DNA of 64,000 nt from positions 26,603-90,602 of IMG/VR virus record IMGVR_UViG_2932588108_000002. One strand, 5' to 3'. The notes under the pieces were generated by a model. It was given only the letters and a program-made list of their open reading frames with translations, was not told the origin of the DNA and searched no databases. This DNA is from a virus. Taxonomy: Duplodnaviria > Caudoviricetes. A program made the position numbers and the translations under genes. Below are positions 1 to 9,311 of this stretch, piece by piece; position 1 is the stretch's first letter; the number at the start of each line of letters is the position of its first letter.

Positions 1-210
1 GCTCAGGCTCTTTCCGCGCCCCTGACAGCCGCTGAGCTCGACCAGGTGCAGCGCGCCGCAGCGGCGGCCGGTCAGAACATTGAGGAGTTCGTGCGGACTG
101 CGGTCCTCGACGCCGCCGCGGACCCCTTCCTCGACGCCCTCGATCAGGCCGTCGCTTCCATCGCCGCCCGCGCCCAGGGCGAGCACATTCAGCACGACTA
201 CGCACTTTGA
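1..210 (+). CDS. 3' part of a ribbon-helix-helix / DUF1778-like protein (truncated by window edge)
   Basis: Frame 1 reads AQALSAPLTAAELDQVQRAAAAAGQNIEEFVRTAVLDAAADPFLDALDQAVASIAARAQGEHIQHDYAL* with GC-rich third positions; the 'ELDQVQRAAAAAGQNIEEFVRTAVL' pattern resembles RHH antitoxin/repressor helices. Not in the ORF track because it lacks a start. Confidence 0.55.
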   Translation, partial: AQALSAPLTAAELDQVQRAAAAAGQNIEEFVRTAVLDAAADPFLDALDQAVASIAARAQGEHIQHDYAL

Positions 211-315
211 CGCCAGCCGCCCTGGTTCCGCACCAGGAGCGAATCCAATCGTCCGCCGTGTCCTGGCCGCGCAGCAGCGCGGAAAGGCGGCCTGATCATC
301 CACGACGCACAAGGA

Positions 316-347
316 GCCCGGTACCGACGGGGGATGCGGTACCGGGC
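316..347 (+). terminator. GC-rich hairpin, probable terminator
   Basis: GCCCGGTACCG-10 nt-CGGTACCGGGC perfect 11-bp inverted repeat downstream of the first CDS. Confidence 0.55.
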
Positions 348-541
348 CTGTGATCACCTTACTTGCTGGTGCAGTAGCCGCCCCTGGCGGGACAGCCACC
401 GAACAGTGCGTGACTCAGACCACTAGCTTCGCGTCCTCACGGGGCACTGGCCTGGTCTCGCCGGCCTGCTCTCCCCCAATGCCAGACGTGGCATGATCCG
501 TTGGGTAGTGTTGGCCCGATTCCTATCCCGGAGGACACCAC

Positions 542-2308
542 TTGATGGCCGACCTACTCGTCGTCGCGGCTCTGTCAGAGGCTGTGGAGAACGCCTCGGC
601 CGCGCGTCCTCTAGGCTCCAGAGGTTCTCGCGGTGAGATTGCGGAGAGCGGCCCCGCCGAGCTGACGCCTACGGCTACCGCGGTGCTGGCCGCAATTCCA
701 GCCTGGTGGCGGGCTCAGGCTGCGGCAGCGGGCCTCACCGGCCGCTGGCTGGACATCGAAACGGCGCTCCAAGCAGACCCGCCCGTTGACGTTCCGAGCG
801 ATCCTCCCCTAGGCGACTCCTGGGGATCTCTTACGCCAGAGCAGGTGGGCGCTGCGTATGTGGAGGCCCTTTCGTCTGCCACGCGCGCGCGCCACGGCCG
901 TCACTACACGCCACCCGAGCTCGCCTCACACTTGTGGAGGCTGGCACGCACGTCCCTGGATCTTCCTCCGCAGAAGCAGGTTCTTCCCGGGTTGGTGCGC
1001 GACCCAGCATGTGGCGCCGGAGCCCTTCTCCTACCAGCGTTGAGGGAACATCTCCATGCCTCCTTCGGCGTCGATCCGGCGCTGACGCTGGCGGGTCTCC
1101 CCAACCTGATCCAGGGAGTCGATACCGACCCAGCTGCCGTATGGGTCGCCAACGTCGTTCTGGCGGCGGAGATGCTTCCCACCCTCGCCCGCGTCCCCGA
1201 GAAGGTACGCAAACCGTTGCCGTCGCTGGCTCGCGTTGGCGACGGGCTTGCCGCCCCCGACCAGCAGGCGCGAGTCGTCATGATGAACCCGCCATACGGT
1301 CGCGTTCGACTCTCGCCCGGCGAACGCGACCGCTACGCGCATGTGCTGTACGGGCACGCCAACCTGTACGGCCTTTTCATGGCAGCGGCCGTGGCCTCCT
1401 TGGACGAGACGGGCGTTCTGGCGGCCCTTGTCCCCACGAGTTTCACCAGCGGACGCTATTTCTCAAAGCTGCGCACCTACCTGGGCCGCGAAGCTGGGAT
1501 GAGTGCCGTCACGTTCGTTGAGGACCGCAGCGGCGTGTTTACTTCCGTCCTGCAAGAGACTTGCCTGGCCACTTTCGAGCGTCGCCGACGGAAGAAGACG
1601 CGGATCAGCAGCCTAGGCAGCGCAGAGACCACGATCGCGAGTGTGAAGACACAGAGGACCGGCGAGCCATGGGTATTGCCGCGCCGGTCGGATGACGCGC
1701 CCGTGGCTGCTGCTGCCTCCGCCATGACGGAGTCCCTCGCCTCACTAGGTTGGCGCGCTTCGACCGGGCCACTTGTTTGGAATCGCCGCAGCACCGACCT
1801 GCACGCAAACTGGGGTCCGTCTCGGTCTCACGTCATTTGGGCAGCAGATCTCGACGGTGGCATTTTGCACCGTGACGCGGCTCGTGACTCGATGCGATAC
1901 CTGGCGCTCACTGCGGCGTCTGACCTCAAGGTCATGGTTTTGGATGAGCCGGCAATCCTGGTACAGCGCACGACGGCTCCTGAACAGTCACGAAGACTTG
2001 TAGCCGCTCTCCTCGACGACGAAGCGCTGAAAGTTCGCCATGGGCGGGTCACGGTTGAGAACCACGTCAACGTTCTGCGGCCTACCGCTGCTGACCCCGT
2101 ACTCACAAACGAAGCTATGACGCGATTGTTGGCCACAAGAGCACTGGACAGGGTAGTGCGCTGCATCTCGGGTTCCGTCGCGCTTAGCGCATACGAACTG
2201 GAATCGATCCCGCTGCCCGACCGTGATGTGGTGGCCAAGTGGAACGACCTTGAGGGCGACGCGCTCGAAGCCGCCGTTGCCGCCGCTTACCGGCCGGAAG
2301 GCAGCTGA
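542..2308 (+). CDS. N6-adenine DNA methyltransferase, gamma class (Eco57I/BsuBI/PstI-type), of a type II R-M system
   Basis: HYTPP, motif I DPACGAG, motif IV MNPPYG, NLYGLF, VPTSF..G.YF..LR; C-terminal SGSVALSAYELESIPLP; GGAGG RBS at 530-534. Confidence 0.9.
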   Translation: MMADLLVVAALSEAVENASAARPLGSRGSRGEIAESGPAELTPTATAVLAAIPAWWRAQAAAAGLTGRWLDIETALQADPPVDVPSDPPLGDSWGSLTPEQVGAAYVEALSSATRARHGRHYTPPELASHLWRLARTSLDLPPQKQVLPGLVRDPACGAGALLLPALREHLHASFGVDPALTLAGLPNLIQGVDTDPAAVWVANVVLAAEMLPTLARVPEKVRKPLPSLARVGDGLAAPDQQARVVMMNPPYGRVRLSPGERDRYAHVLYGHANLYGLFMAAAVASLDETGVLAALVPTSFTSGRYFSKLRTYLGREAGMSAVTFVEDRSGVFTSVLQETCLATFERRRRKKTRISSLGSAETTIASVKTQRTGEPWVLPRRSDDAPVAAAASAMTESLASLGWRASTGPLVWNRRSTDLHANWGPSRSHVIWAADLDGGILHRDAARDSMRYLALTAASDLKVMVLDEPAILVQRTTAPEQSRRLVAALLDDEALKVRHGRVTVENHVNVLRPTAADPVLTNEAMTRLLATRALDRVVRCISGSVALSAYELESIPLPDRDVVAKWNDLEGDALEAAVAAAYRPEGS

Positions 2309-2309
2309 G

Positions 2310-3404
2310 TTGAGGAAGATCATTAGTCCCGAAGAAGCCGAACGGCGACTTCAAGTCATCTTCCCCCGCGCGGCCTTCGACACGGTACTTTCATCGCCAT
2401 TGGCGGGAATGGCAGTAGCCGCTCTGATCTACGTGGAAGCGGTATGCAGTTCGAGCGACGAGGCGGAGACCGTCCAGTGGGCACGTCCTTCCACCGTCGT
2501 ATGGATGTCCACGGCCACGCTTGAGCACGAGGCAGACGATGAGCGCCTCGCCTGGCGCGCTGCCGCGCTGAAGAATCAGAAGTACGTGCAGGACCTCCAA
2601 GAATCATGGGGCATCCCATTCCAGCCCAAATACAAAGACAACAGTCGCGAAACCCTTCGCGACGAGACTTTCCGGGCCTGGCGGGAACATAACGCGATCC
2701 GAAAGCGGTCTGGGCTTCCCAGTAACAGCAGCAAACCCACTTGGTCACTGCTCGACGACTTCGCAGACCTGTTCGATCCCGACATGCCGGATGAACTCTT
2801 CAGAGAAGCCGCCGCCCAATGGCGCGACAAGCGTATGACCCCTGGTACCAAACTCAAAGCGCTCCGCGCCCTTAACGCGGAGGCCGCCCAGCATGCCGTA
2901 GTTGTAACGCTCCCCGACGGCACGACTCGGACTCTCGAACCTGGCGGCTCCTCCCTCATAATCAAGGGCGTCATCGAGGAGTGGGCTCCAGTTCGCCTGG
3001 GGCAGCCGGTAGTTCTGGCAATCTCTGAGCCAGGCGACAAAGTCCACCTCGGGGACAAGAAGATGCTTCAGGCGCTCGGCATCAAGATTGATCCCAAAGA
3101 CGTACTCCCCGACGTTTTGATCGCCGACGCGAACCCAGACCCGGTCGTGTTTTGGATCATCGAAGCCGTAGCGTCAGACGGAGCCGTGACTACTGGGCGC
3201 CGCAAGGCGCTTTTGGAGTGGGCCGCACAGCAAAACATCAAACCGGATCACTGTTCGTTTCTCAGCGCCTTCAGGTCTCGAAACGCCGCCCCGGCCAGGA
3301 AGCGCCTCAAAGACCTCGCCCCTAACACCTGGGCGTGGTTCACTGACGAACCTGGTCACGAACTCTCCTGGTATCAGATGTTTCCCACCGCAGAGGAAGT
3401 CTGA
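2310..3404 (+). CDS. BsuBI/PstI-family type II restriction endonuclease
   Basis: DNSRETLRDETF N-terminal motif and LPDVLIAD...IIEAVASDGAV...RRKAL PD-(D/E)xK-like core; TTG start 1 nt after the MTase stop (ORF track start 2223 lies inside the MTase). Confidence 0.85.
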   Translation: MRKIISPEEAERRLQVIFPRAAFDTVLSSPLAGMAVAALIYVEAVCSSSDEAETVQWARPSTVVWMSTATLEHEADDERLAWRAAALKNQKYVQDLQESWGIPFQPKYKDNSRETLRDETFRAWREHNAIRKRSGLPSNSSKPTWSLLDDFADLFDPDMPDELFREAAAQWRDKRMTPGTKLKALRALNAEAAQHAVVVTLPDGTTRTLEPGGSSLIIKGVIEEWAPVRLGQPVVLAISEPGDKVHLGDKKMLQALGIKIDPKDVLPDVLIADANPDPVVFWIIEAVASDGAVTTGRRKALLEWAAQQNIKPDHCSFLSAFRSRNAAPARKRLKDLAPNTWAWFTDEPGHELSWYQMFPTAEEV

Positions 3405-3481
3405 TCACCCCAGGGACATCACTCGCTCCGTCGCGTTCTCCGGAGCCGTGGAACGGGTAAGGGCCCTTTGATCTGGGCGGA

Positions 3482-4654
3482 TCACTTCGACGTTTGAGCC
3501 TCCGGGCTGTGCACCGGGATCTTCCTGAAAGGGTCCTTGGACGTGTCCTTGGCCGGGCGCACGTACCTCTCCCGTGGGATGCGCGAACCCTTCTTCCAGC
3601 GCCCTGCTTCCTCGAGTTCTTCGTCCGTTGCGCCGTTCACGCCGAGGTCGGTGGCACCGCCAGCGCGGAGGCTGTGCGAGGACACGGGCCTGCCATCGGT
3701 CTTGAGCCCGGCCGCCGCGAACCACAGCTTTACCCGCTCGTTGACGGTCTGCGGGCGCAGGTAGGCGCCGCGTTTGGTGGCACCCCGCCTCGCCCGGGTC
3801 TCCGGCGAGGCCACTCTGCCACTCCGTAGAACTTCTCGGAACACAGGGCCGGTCGTGATGCCTTGCTCGGCAAGGTAGCCAACCCAGCGGCGCAACCGGA
3901 AGATCAAGTTGAGGTCCGGCCGGTCGTGGAGGACGAGCGTCTGTTCCTCGCCCTTGTGGGTCTTGTCCTCGGCAAGCCACACCAGCACTCGGTCGTCGAG
4001 GATGGTCACGTCCTCGAGGTCCAGGTCGACGTCTTCGATGCTGCGGCCGAGGAACCGGTACCCGAAAGCGAACATCGCCGAATCGCGCCAGCCGATCGGC
4101 CGGTCGTCGGCCTCCGCCTTCTCGATCATCGGGACTAGGTACGGCAGCGTGATGGGGAACGCTTCCTTCCTGCGCAGAGCCCGCTTGTTCTTCCGCCGGT
4201 ACTGCGCCAGAAGCATCAGGTACAGACTGTTGTCCGGCTTCTTCCCGGCCGGCATCGACGTCCGGATCAGGGACATGTAGTGCCGGATCGTGCTCACCTT
4301 GAGGCCCTGCGCCATCAGGTGACGGCCGTATTCGGTGTACGTCGCCGTCGTGCACGGCTTCGCCACCCGCCCCTGCTCCGCACACCACGCCTCGAACAGC
4401 CGCATGGCAGTGCGCCGCTGGGGTGACCCCTCCTCCTCGGCCTCCTTGATGGCGGCGGCGGTTTCCTCGCTGACGTACAGGTCCCGCTCTGTGTACGTAG
4501 TGCCCGGATCCGTGCTAGTCGGGATCTCCTCGCCGGGCATCAGCACCGTGTGCGCGTCGACGAGCGGCCGCCCGGCCGGCTCGGCATAGGGCAGCAGCTC
4601 ACCATCCTCGACGAGTTCGGCGTCAACGATCTCGTCCTGGTCGCGCAGGCTCAT
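3482..4654 (-). CDS. Tyrosine recombinase (Cre-like site-specific recombinase/integrase)
   Basis: RDSAMFAFGYRFLGRSIE (catalytic R), DKTHK (K), SHSLRAGGAT (HxxR), AGRW...ERY (W, Y). Confidence 0.88.
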   Translation of the reverse strand: MSLRDQDEIVDAELVEDGELLPYAEPAGRPLVDAHTVLMPGEEIPTSTDPGTTYTERDLYVSEETAAAIKEAEEEGSPQRRTAMRLFEAWCAEQGRVAKPCTTATYTEYGRHLMAQGLKVSTIRHYMSLIRTSMPAGKKPDNSLYLMLLAQYRRKNKRALRRKEAFPITLPYLVPMIEKAEADDRPIGWRDSAMFAFGYRFLGRSIEDVDLDLEDVTILDDRVLVWLAEDKTHKGEEQTLVLHDRPDLNLIFRLRRWVGYLAEQGITTGPVFREVLRSGRVASPETRARRGATKRGAYLRPQTVNERVKLWFAAAGLKTDGRPVSSHSLRAGGATDLGVNGATDEELEEAGRWKKGSRIPRERYVRPAKDTSKDPFRKIPVHSPEAQTSK

Positions 4655-5016
4655 TCCGGGGTCACGTCTTCCTCGGGCTTCGCCTGGAGCTGATGCAGCA
4701 GCGCGTGCAGGGTGATGATCTGCGAGTTGGTGGACGTGCCCGTCTCGGTGAGCTGTTGAACCAGGTGCAGGAGGCTTCCGACTCCCTGCCGGTCCTGGTT
4801 GTAGAGCAGAACGAAGGCAGTTTGGTCAGTCGGGAGCTGCGTAGGGAAGTGCCCGACGCGTTGGCCCGCGAGTTCGCGCTCAATGCCCGCGATGATGCGC
4901 CGCCCTGCCTTACGTTCGCCCGCCACCGCCAGCAGCTCCTGCACACTCGTCTGCCGCCAACCCCGGTCCTGCCCGGCGATCATTTCGGCGTACGTCTTCC
5001 ACGGCGTATCAGTCAT
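4651..5016 (-). CDS. Hypothetical protein, paralog of 6240..6644
   Basis: MTDTPWKTY... 121 aa; ATGA overlap with the recombinase start; aligns with 6240..6644 (AGxxKAGxRxIxxIExxL...GHxPTxLPTDxTxxVLLY...GVG.LL.LV..L). Confidence 0.7.
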   Translation of the reverse strand: MTDTPWKTYAEMIAGQDRGWRQTSVQELLAVAGERKAGRRIIAGIERELAGQRVGHFPTQLPTDQTAFVLLYNQDRQGVGSLLHLVQQLTETGTSTNSQIITLHALLHQLQAKPEEDVTPE

Positions 5017-5068
5017 CGGTCGCTCCACTTCCAGCAATCGGGGGTGCAGTCTTTCGATATGGCGGTGG

Positions 5069-6040
5069 TCAGTAGCGCTGCATTCTGTGCTCGACACAGT
5101 TGCCACACATGTCCGCTTCCGGGATGGCGAAGGTGCTGACGGCGAGCCCGCAGTATCCGCAGACTCCAGCGCATTCGATCCCGCAGAAGAGGCAAAGCAG
5201 CGTGGAGGCTTCGCCGTCACCTCCGATTGGGACATCGGTCACGGCTTCTGTGCCGCACTCGTCGCATTGGTGCACCGGGGATGGGCCACCGCCCGTGATG
5301 ATCTCGTGCTCTGAGGTGTCCGCGTAGATCCAGGCTGCTTCTGTCGGCGGGCCCAGGTGGGAGTCACAGACCACGCAGGTGAGATCGGCGCCGCCCTGTA
5401 CGGGGACTGCGAGAGCTGCGCAGACAGGGCAACCGAGGATGGTGGGAAACTGGCCCAACAGCTCCCGGGCGGGTTCCATGCGCCGGTCTACGAGACGTTG
5501 GATGCGGCCAAGCCCCGGGCGGATGCGTTCCACGGCCTCCTCGGCAAGCGTCAGCTCCTCTTCCTCTACCAAGGGCAGCAGGTCCTCGCGTACGAAGGTG
5601 AGCAAGTTGTCGAGCACGGGCGTCGTGAGCACTTCGACGGTGATGGAGCCCTCCGTGACTCCGACGTGCGCGAAGCGGTTGCGCATCTGAGCGAGAGCCT
5701 TGAAGTGCCGCGGTTCCAGCAGCGTGGTGTCAAGGTCGCACTCCTTGATGACTCGCTTGCGGGCGTCCTCCCAGCCGCAGCTCTTGAAGTCCCCTCGTGC
5801 ATGCTTGGCCGGGTCGTAGCCGTCTGGCGTTGCCCACACGAGGGCGGGATTCTTCATCGCGAGCCGCGCCTTGAACAACGTCTCGGCCGCGGATGCCAGG
5901 TGCACCACGGCGTACTTCAGGTTCCGGGGCGGTACCTCTTCCTGCGCGGCAAGCAGATCGACAGTGCTCTCCAAGAAGTCGAGCCCGTTGAGCACGGGCG
6001 GAAAGTTGATGCTCGGCCCGCTTCCCTTTGTCGCGCTCAC
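5069..6040 (-). CDS. HEPN-domain protein with C-terminal Zn-ribbon repeats
   Basis: NGLDFL...KYAVVHLASAAETLFKARL helix, Rx4H motif RNRFAH (~5666-5683), and six C-terminal CxxC pairs. Confidence 0.7.
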   Translation of the reverse strand: MSATKGSGPSINFPPVLNGLDFLESTVDLLAAQEEVPPRNLKYAVVHLASAAETLFKARLAMKNPALVWATPDGYDPAKHARGDFKSCGWEDARKRVIKECDLDTTLLEPRHFKALAQMRNRFAHVGVTEGSITVEVLTTPVLDNLLTFVREDLLPLVEEEELTLAEEAVERIRPGLGRIQRLVDRRMEPARELLGQFPTILGCPVCAALAVPVQGGADLTCVVCDSHLGPPTEAAWIYADTSEHEIITGGGPSPVHQCDECGTEAVTDVPIGGDGEASTLLCLFCGIECAGVCGYCGLAVSTFAIPEADMCGNCVEHRMQRY

Positions 6041-6243
6041 TGCCGCGCCTCCGCAGAGGGTCCGTAGTGGCTGTTATCGACCAGGTCGTCGTGCTCCTTC
6101 TTCGCGGCGCGGTACTTCTCCCGGTACTCCTTCACAGCCAGAGTGCTTTCTGCCGTCGGGTACTTGGTGTGCAGTTCCTCGTCGAGACGCGCGTCGATGA
6201 ACTCGTAGAAGGCGAGCGCGATCTGCCCGTTGACGGCGCTCAC
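6037..6243 (-). CDS. Small hypothetical protein
   Basis: GTGA overlaps with both neighbours (6240-6243 and 6037-6040); typical codon bias. Confidence 0.6.
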   Translation of the reverse strand: MSAVNGQIALAFYEFIDARLDEELHTKYPTAESTLAVKEYREKYRAAKKEHDDLVDNSHYGPSAEARQ

Positions 6244-6644
6244 AGCTTCCACGGCCGGCCTTCTCCTCCTGCACGGCGGTCGGCGTTCAGCTTCAACGAC
6301 GTGGCTTCCTTGAGGACGTGGTCCAGGTTGTGGACCGTCGTGTTGCGCTCATCCGCCGGGTCCTGGAGAGCGAGTTCGTGGACCAGACTCAGGAGGTAGC
6401 CGACTCCGTTGTGATCCTTGCTGTAGAGCAGGACGCGGCGCGTGCTGTCGGTCGGGAGCTTGGTCGGCAGGTGACCGATGTTGTGCTCGGCCAGCTTCTG
6501 CTCGATGCGCTCGATGACGCGGGCCCCGGCCTTCTGTGCACCGGCGAGGCGCACCAGGTTCTCGACGTCGCGTGCCTCGTGCCCGGCCCATCTCAACCTA
6601 TGAGCCAGGCTCTCCCACTCGTTCATGTCTTCCCACCGCTTCAC
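6240..6644 (-). CDS. Hypothetical protein, paralog of 4651..5016
   Basis: VKRWEDMNEW...; GAGG upstream of GTG 6644; shared motif with 4651..5016. Confidence 0.7.
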   Translation of the reverse strand: MKRWEDMNEWESLAHRLRWAGHEARDVENLVRLAGAQKAGARVIERIEQKLAEHNIGHLPTKLPTDSTRRVLLYSKDHNGVGYLLSLVHELALQDPADERNTTVHNLDHVLKEATSLKLNADRRAGGEGRPWKL

Positions 6645-6691
6645 GGCCACCTCTGCCCCGCCTCGCGTTGTGATCTGATGTCGCGCCAACT

Positions 6692-6733
6692 TTAGCGACA
6701 ACAATCACAGTTGTTGTCGGCTACTAATTAGTA
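6692..6733. promoter_or_regulatory. AT-rich inverted repeats in a divergent intergenic region (operator or recombination site)
   Basis: CGACAACAA-tcacag-TTGTTGTCG (6696-6719) followed by perfect palindrome TACTAATTAGTA (6722-6733). Confidence 0.5.
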
Positions 6734-6797
6734 ACAACGGGAGGTCATCACCGAAGGGCGGACAGCACCGCCCGAACCCCGAACGAACGACACCGCC

Positions 6798-7057
6798 ATG
6801 CAGAAGCTGAAGCTGTTCGCGTACGCCCTCGCGCTCCTGACCCTCGCGCACCCACCCTCATTCCACCTGCCCTCGGCACACTCGGCGTCACGGCCGCCGC
6901 GGTGGCCACCGCCATCGGATGATTCCTGGCGAACCCGTCGCTCACCCTCACGATCACGGCCCGCCGGCTACTGATCCGCGCCTTCCCCAGCGTTCCACGG
7001 TGGTTGAGCCGTGCACTAGTCGCTTCAGTCGCTGCAACAGCCCCCGTCAAGGCGTAA
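6798..7057 (+). pseudogene. Disrupted small membrane protein
   Basis: MQKLKLFAYALALLTLAH, a frameshift near 6852, then TLIPPALGTLGVTAAAVATAIG*FLANPSLTLTIT...APVKA*; the hydrophobic reading continues across a TGA at ~6920. Confidence 0.45.
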
Positions 7058-7190
7058 CACGACCGCCGTTCGAGCCGTTCGATTCTTCGCTCAGAACGAT
7101 TCTCTGCTCACCCCTGTCTGTGGCCACGGGCCTGCTGCCGCGCCAACTCGGCGGAGAGCACCGCTGGAATCCCGAAGGAAGGAACACCGT

Positions 7191-7700
7191 ATGTCCCGTC
7201 GCATCGTCGTCACTGCCCTGCAATACCAGGAGATCCTGGCGCGACGACGCGCCGCCCAACCACCCGTGGCCGCCGCCGCATCACGGAAGAAGGCCAGTAA
7301 GAGGCCTGCCGCGCACCCGGGCCCGCCGTCCATCCCGGCGGGGCCCGAGATCCCGCCGCTGCTCTCCGACCTGTCCGGCGTGGGGCACGTCCGAACGACC
7401 CTCATGCCGTACGTGGAGGAGATGCTGACAAGCAATCAGTGCCTTCACCGGATGACCGAACACAAGATCAAGAAGCAGCTTCGCGCCGACGCTGCACAGA
7501 TGATCACCCTTCAGCGTTTGCCCCGTCTCCAACGCGCGGCGATCTTCTATGTGCTGCACTCACGCCCCATCAACCAGAAGCGGGACCCCGGGAACTGGGC
7601 GTCGACAGCGAAGGCGTACATCGACGGTGATCAGGGGCTACCGGCGGCCTTCGCCGTGCCCATTTACCCGCCCCACGCCGGGCGGCGAAGCCGGCCTTAG
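7191..7700 (+). pseudogene. RusA-like Holliday-junction resolvase, apparently truncated
   Basis: LTSNQCLH...KRDPGNWASTAKAYIDG resembles the actinophage RusA-like DxxNxxxxxKxxxDG core, but similarity stops after DG (no downstream DD motif) and codon bias drops. Confidence 0.5.
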
Positions 7701-8085
7701 TTGCTGACCTGACACTCCCCAAATCCACCCCAACTCGACCAGGCTGCGGTGTAGTTACGTTCGACCGCACATACCTTGAGCCGTGCTACATTCGAACCGG
7801 TAAGTCGTCAGGCTCTCTACTTGAGGCCTCGCGGTCTGCTTCCCGAGCATTCCGGCTGGGTGCACTGCGGCAATCGCAATGCACACCCGCACGGCGTGAG
7901 CTGGAATCAATGAGGCGGACCCTCCAGACTCCGAGCTAGCTTGCTTGCTTGGACTGTTGGCGACTGCCGAGAGCCGAGAACATTTGCGCACACGTCGGCG
8001 CGGGTGTCTCGGTCCGAACCGTAAGGGTTCGGATCGAGGCTGCCTGCGCACCCGATCCGACCCATGACAGGGAAGGTAGGGATCG

Positions 8086-8283
8086 GTGGACGGCGCAGCC
8101 ATCCTCTTCATTCTCGCCGTCGCTGGCGTGGCTTCGATCTGCCTCTTCGCTCTGAAGGGGCTACTCGACCAGGTCCCGGATGTGATCGACTCCGCCGGGA
8201 AAGCACGCGACGCGTGGCACCGCTTCAAGAAGCCCGAGGAGCGGCCCCGGGTAGACGACGAGGAGCCGCCCGCTGCCGCTTAG
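8086..8283 (+). CDS. Small membrane protein
   Basis: N-terminal hydrophobic segment AAILFILAVAGVASICLFAL followed by a charged tail. Confidence 0.55.
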   Translation: MDGAAILFILAVAGVASICLFALKGLLDQVPDVIDSAGKARDAWHRFKKPEERPRVDDEEPPAAA

Positions 8284-8352
8284 GCCCGTCGTGGGGTCTT
8301 CGTCGCTCTCCCTGACGCGTAAATACGGACCGCTGCGGAACACGGGGCCGTC

Positions 8353-8577
8353 GTGACGCGCCCCAGGAAGAGGGAGTTCGCCCCCGACGAGCTGACCGAG
8401 CTCATCGGGGGCGAGCTGCATCCCACGATGCCGCTCGAGGGCTGGCGCACGGTGACGCTGCACTGCCAGGTCGACGCGATCGGCCCGTCCGACCGGCACC
8501 CGGACTTGGTCAGGCTGGAGGTGTCGTTCCCTCCGGGGTCGGCGTCTGCCCCGCCGGGTCCTGGCCCGCGTCGTTGA
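8353..8577 (+). CDS. Hypothetical protein
   Basis: 74 aa with GC-rich third positions; overlaps the 3' end of the convergent gene. Confidence 0.45.
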   Translation: MTRPRKREFAPDELTELIGGELHPTMPLEGWRTVTLHCQVDAIGPSDRHPDLVRLEVSFPPGSASAPPGPGPRR

Positions 8578-9091
8578 TGCTTCGGAGCAACTCCTGCAGG
8601 CGCCGGCGGTCGTCGGCCAGATGCCGCACCCGGTAGGAGTTCTTCGCGAAGAAGATGCCTTGCACCGGCTCAAAGAGGGCCTGCACACGGCGAGCCCGTT
8701 CCACCACCTGCAGTTCGGTCAACCACGCCCCCCGCGCTGCCACTACCGCCCCCGTCAGCAACTGCTGCAGGTCCAACGGACCCGACGGGTAGGTCAAGAC
8801 GTACTGCTCGACGTGGTCGATCAGGTAGCGGGTGGACTCCTCCACCTGTTCCCCCCACCGGTCCAGCTCCCCCTGCAGTCGGCTGCGCACGGGTTCCGGC
8901 GCCTCGGCCGGCTCCATGTACTGAAGTCTGGCCGTCGCGGAGAGAATCGTCAGAACGTGCCCCGAGAAGGTGTCCCTCGCTGCCCAAGCCGCTTTGATCC
9001 GCACCGACCGCGCTTCTAGCCGCGGCGCAAAGCGCGACACCGCGAAGGTGGTCGCCAACGTGGTGACCACGGCGATGATCACCGTCTTCAT
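8510..9091 (-). CDS. Hypothetical protein with N-terminal membrane anchor
   Basis: MKTVIIAVVTTLATTFAVSRF transmembrane segment plus helical body; start uncertain. Confidence 0.6.
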   Translation of the reverse strand: MKTVIIAVVTTLATTFAVSRFAPRLEARSVRIKAAWAARDTFSGHVLTILSATARLQYMEPAEAPEPVRSRLQGELDRWGEQVEESTRYLIDHVEQYVLTYPSGPLDLQQLLTGAVVAARGAWLTELQVVERARRVQALFEPVQGIFFAKNSYRVRHLADDRRRLQELLRSINDAGQDPAGQTPTPEGTTPPA

Positions 9092-9311
9092 CCAAGGGTC
9101 GAGCACTGGCACTCCGTACGTAGCCCGCAACTGGCCCCCGCTTGCGGGAAGGTGGCGGGGGATCAGCTTCTACCACGCTGGCCGAATCATCCCGGTTCCC
9201 CCTGTCGCTCGGCCGCTCATCTCGCCGAGATTGACGAATTTCGGTGAGATCTTCCAATCTCCGTGATAGATCGGCACAATGGGGCTGTTGCTGATCTAGA
9301 GGGGGGTACCG

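Noticed and set aside
80-295. 71-aa ORF at the window start
   Set aside because: Alternate frame of the better-supported CDS at 1..210.
3405-4388. 327-aa minus-strand ORF overlapping the recombinase
   Set aside because: R/P/G-rich alternate frame with no motifs, unlike the nested ORF at 39286.
8594-8599. Possible CTGCAG avoidance as evidence of PstI specificity
   Set aside because: CTGCAG occurs here and repeatedly elsewhere; no visible avoidance.
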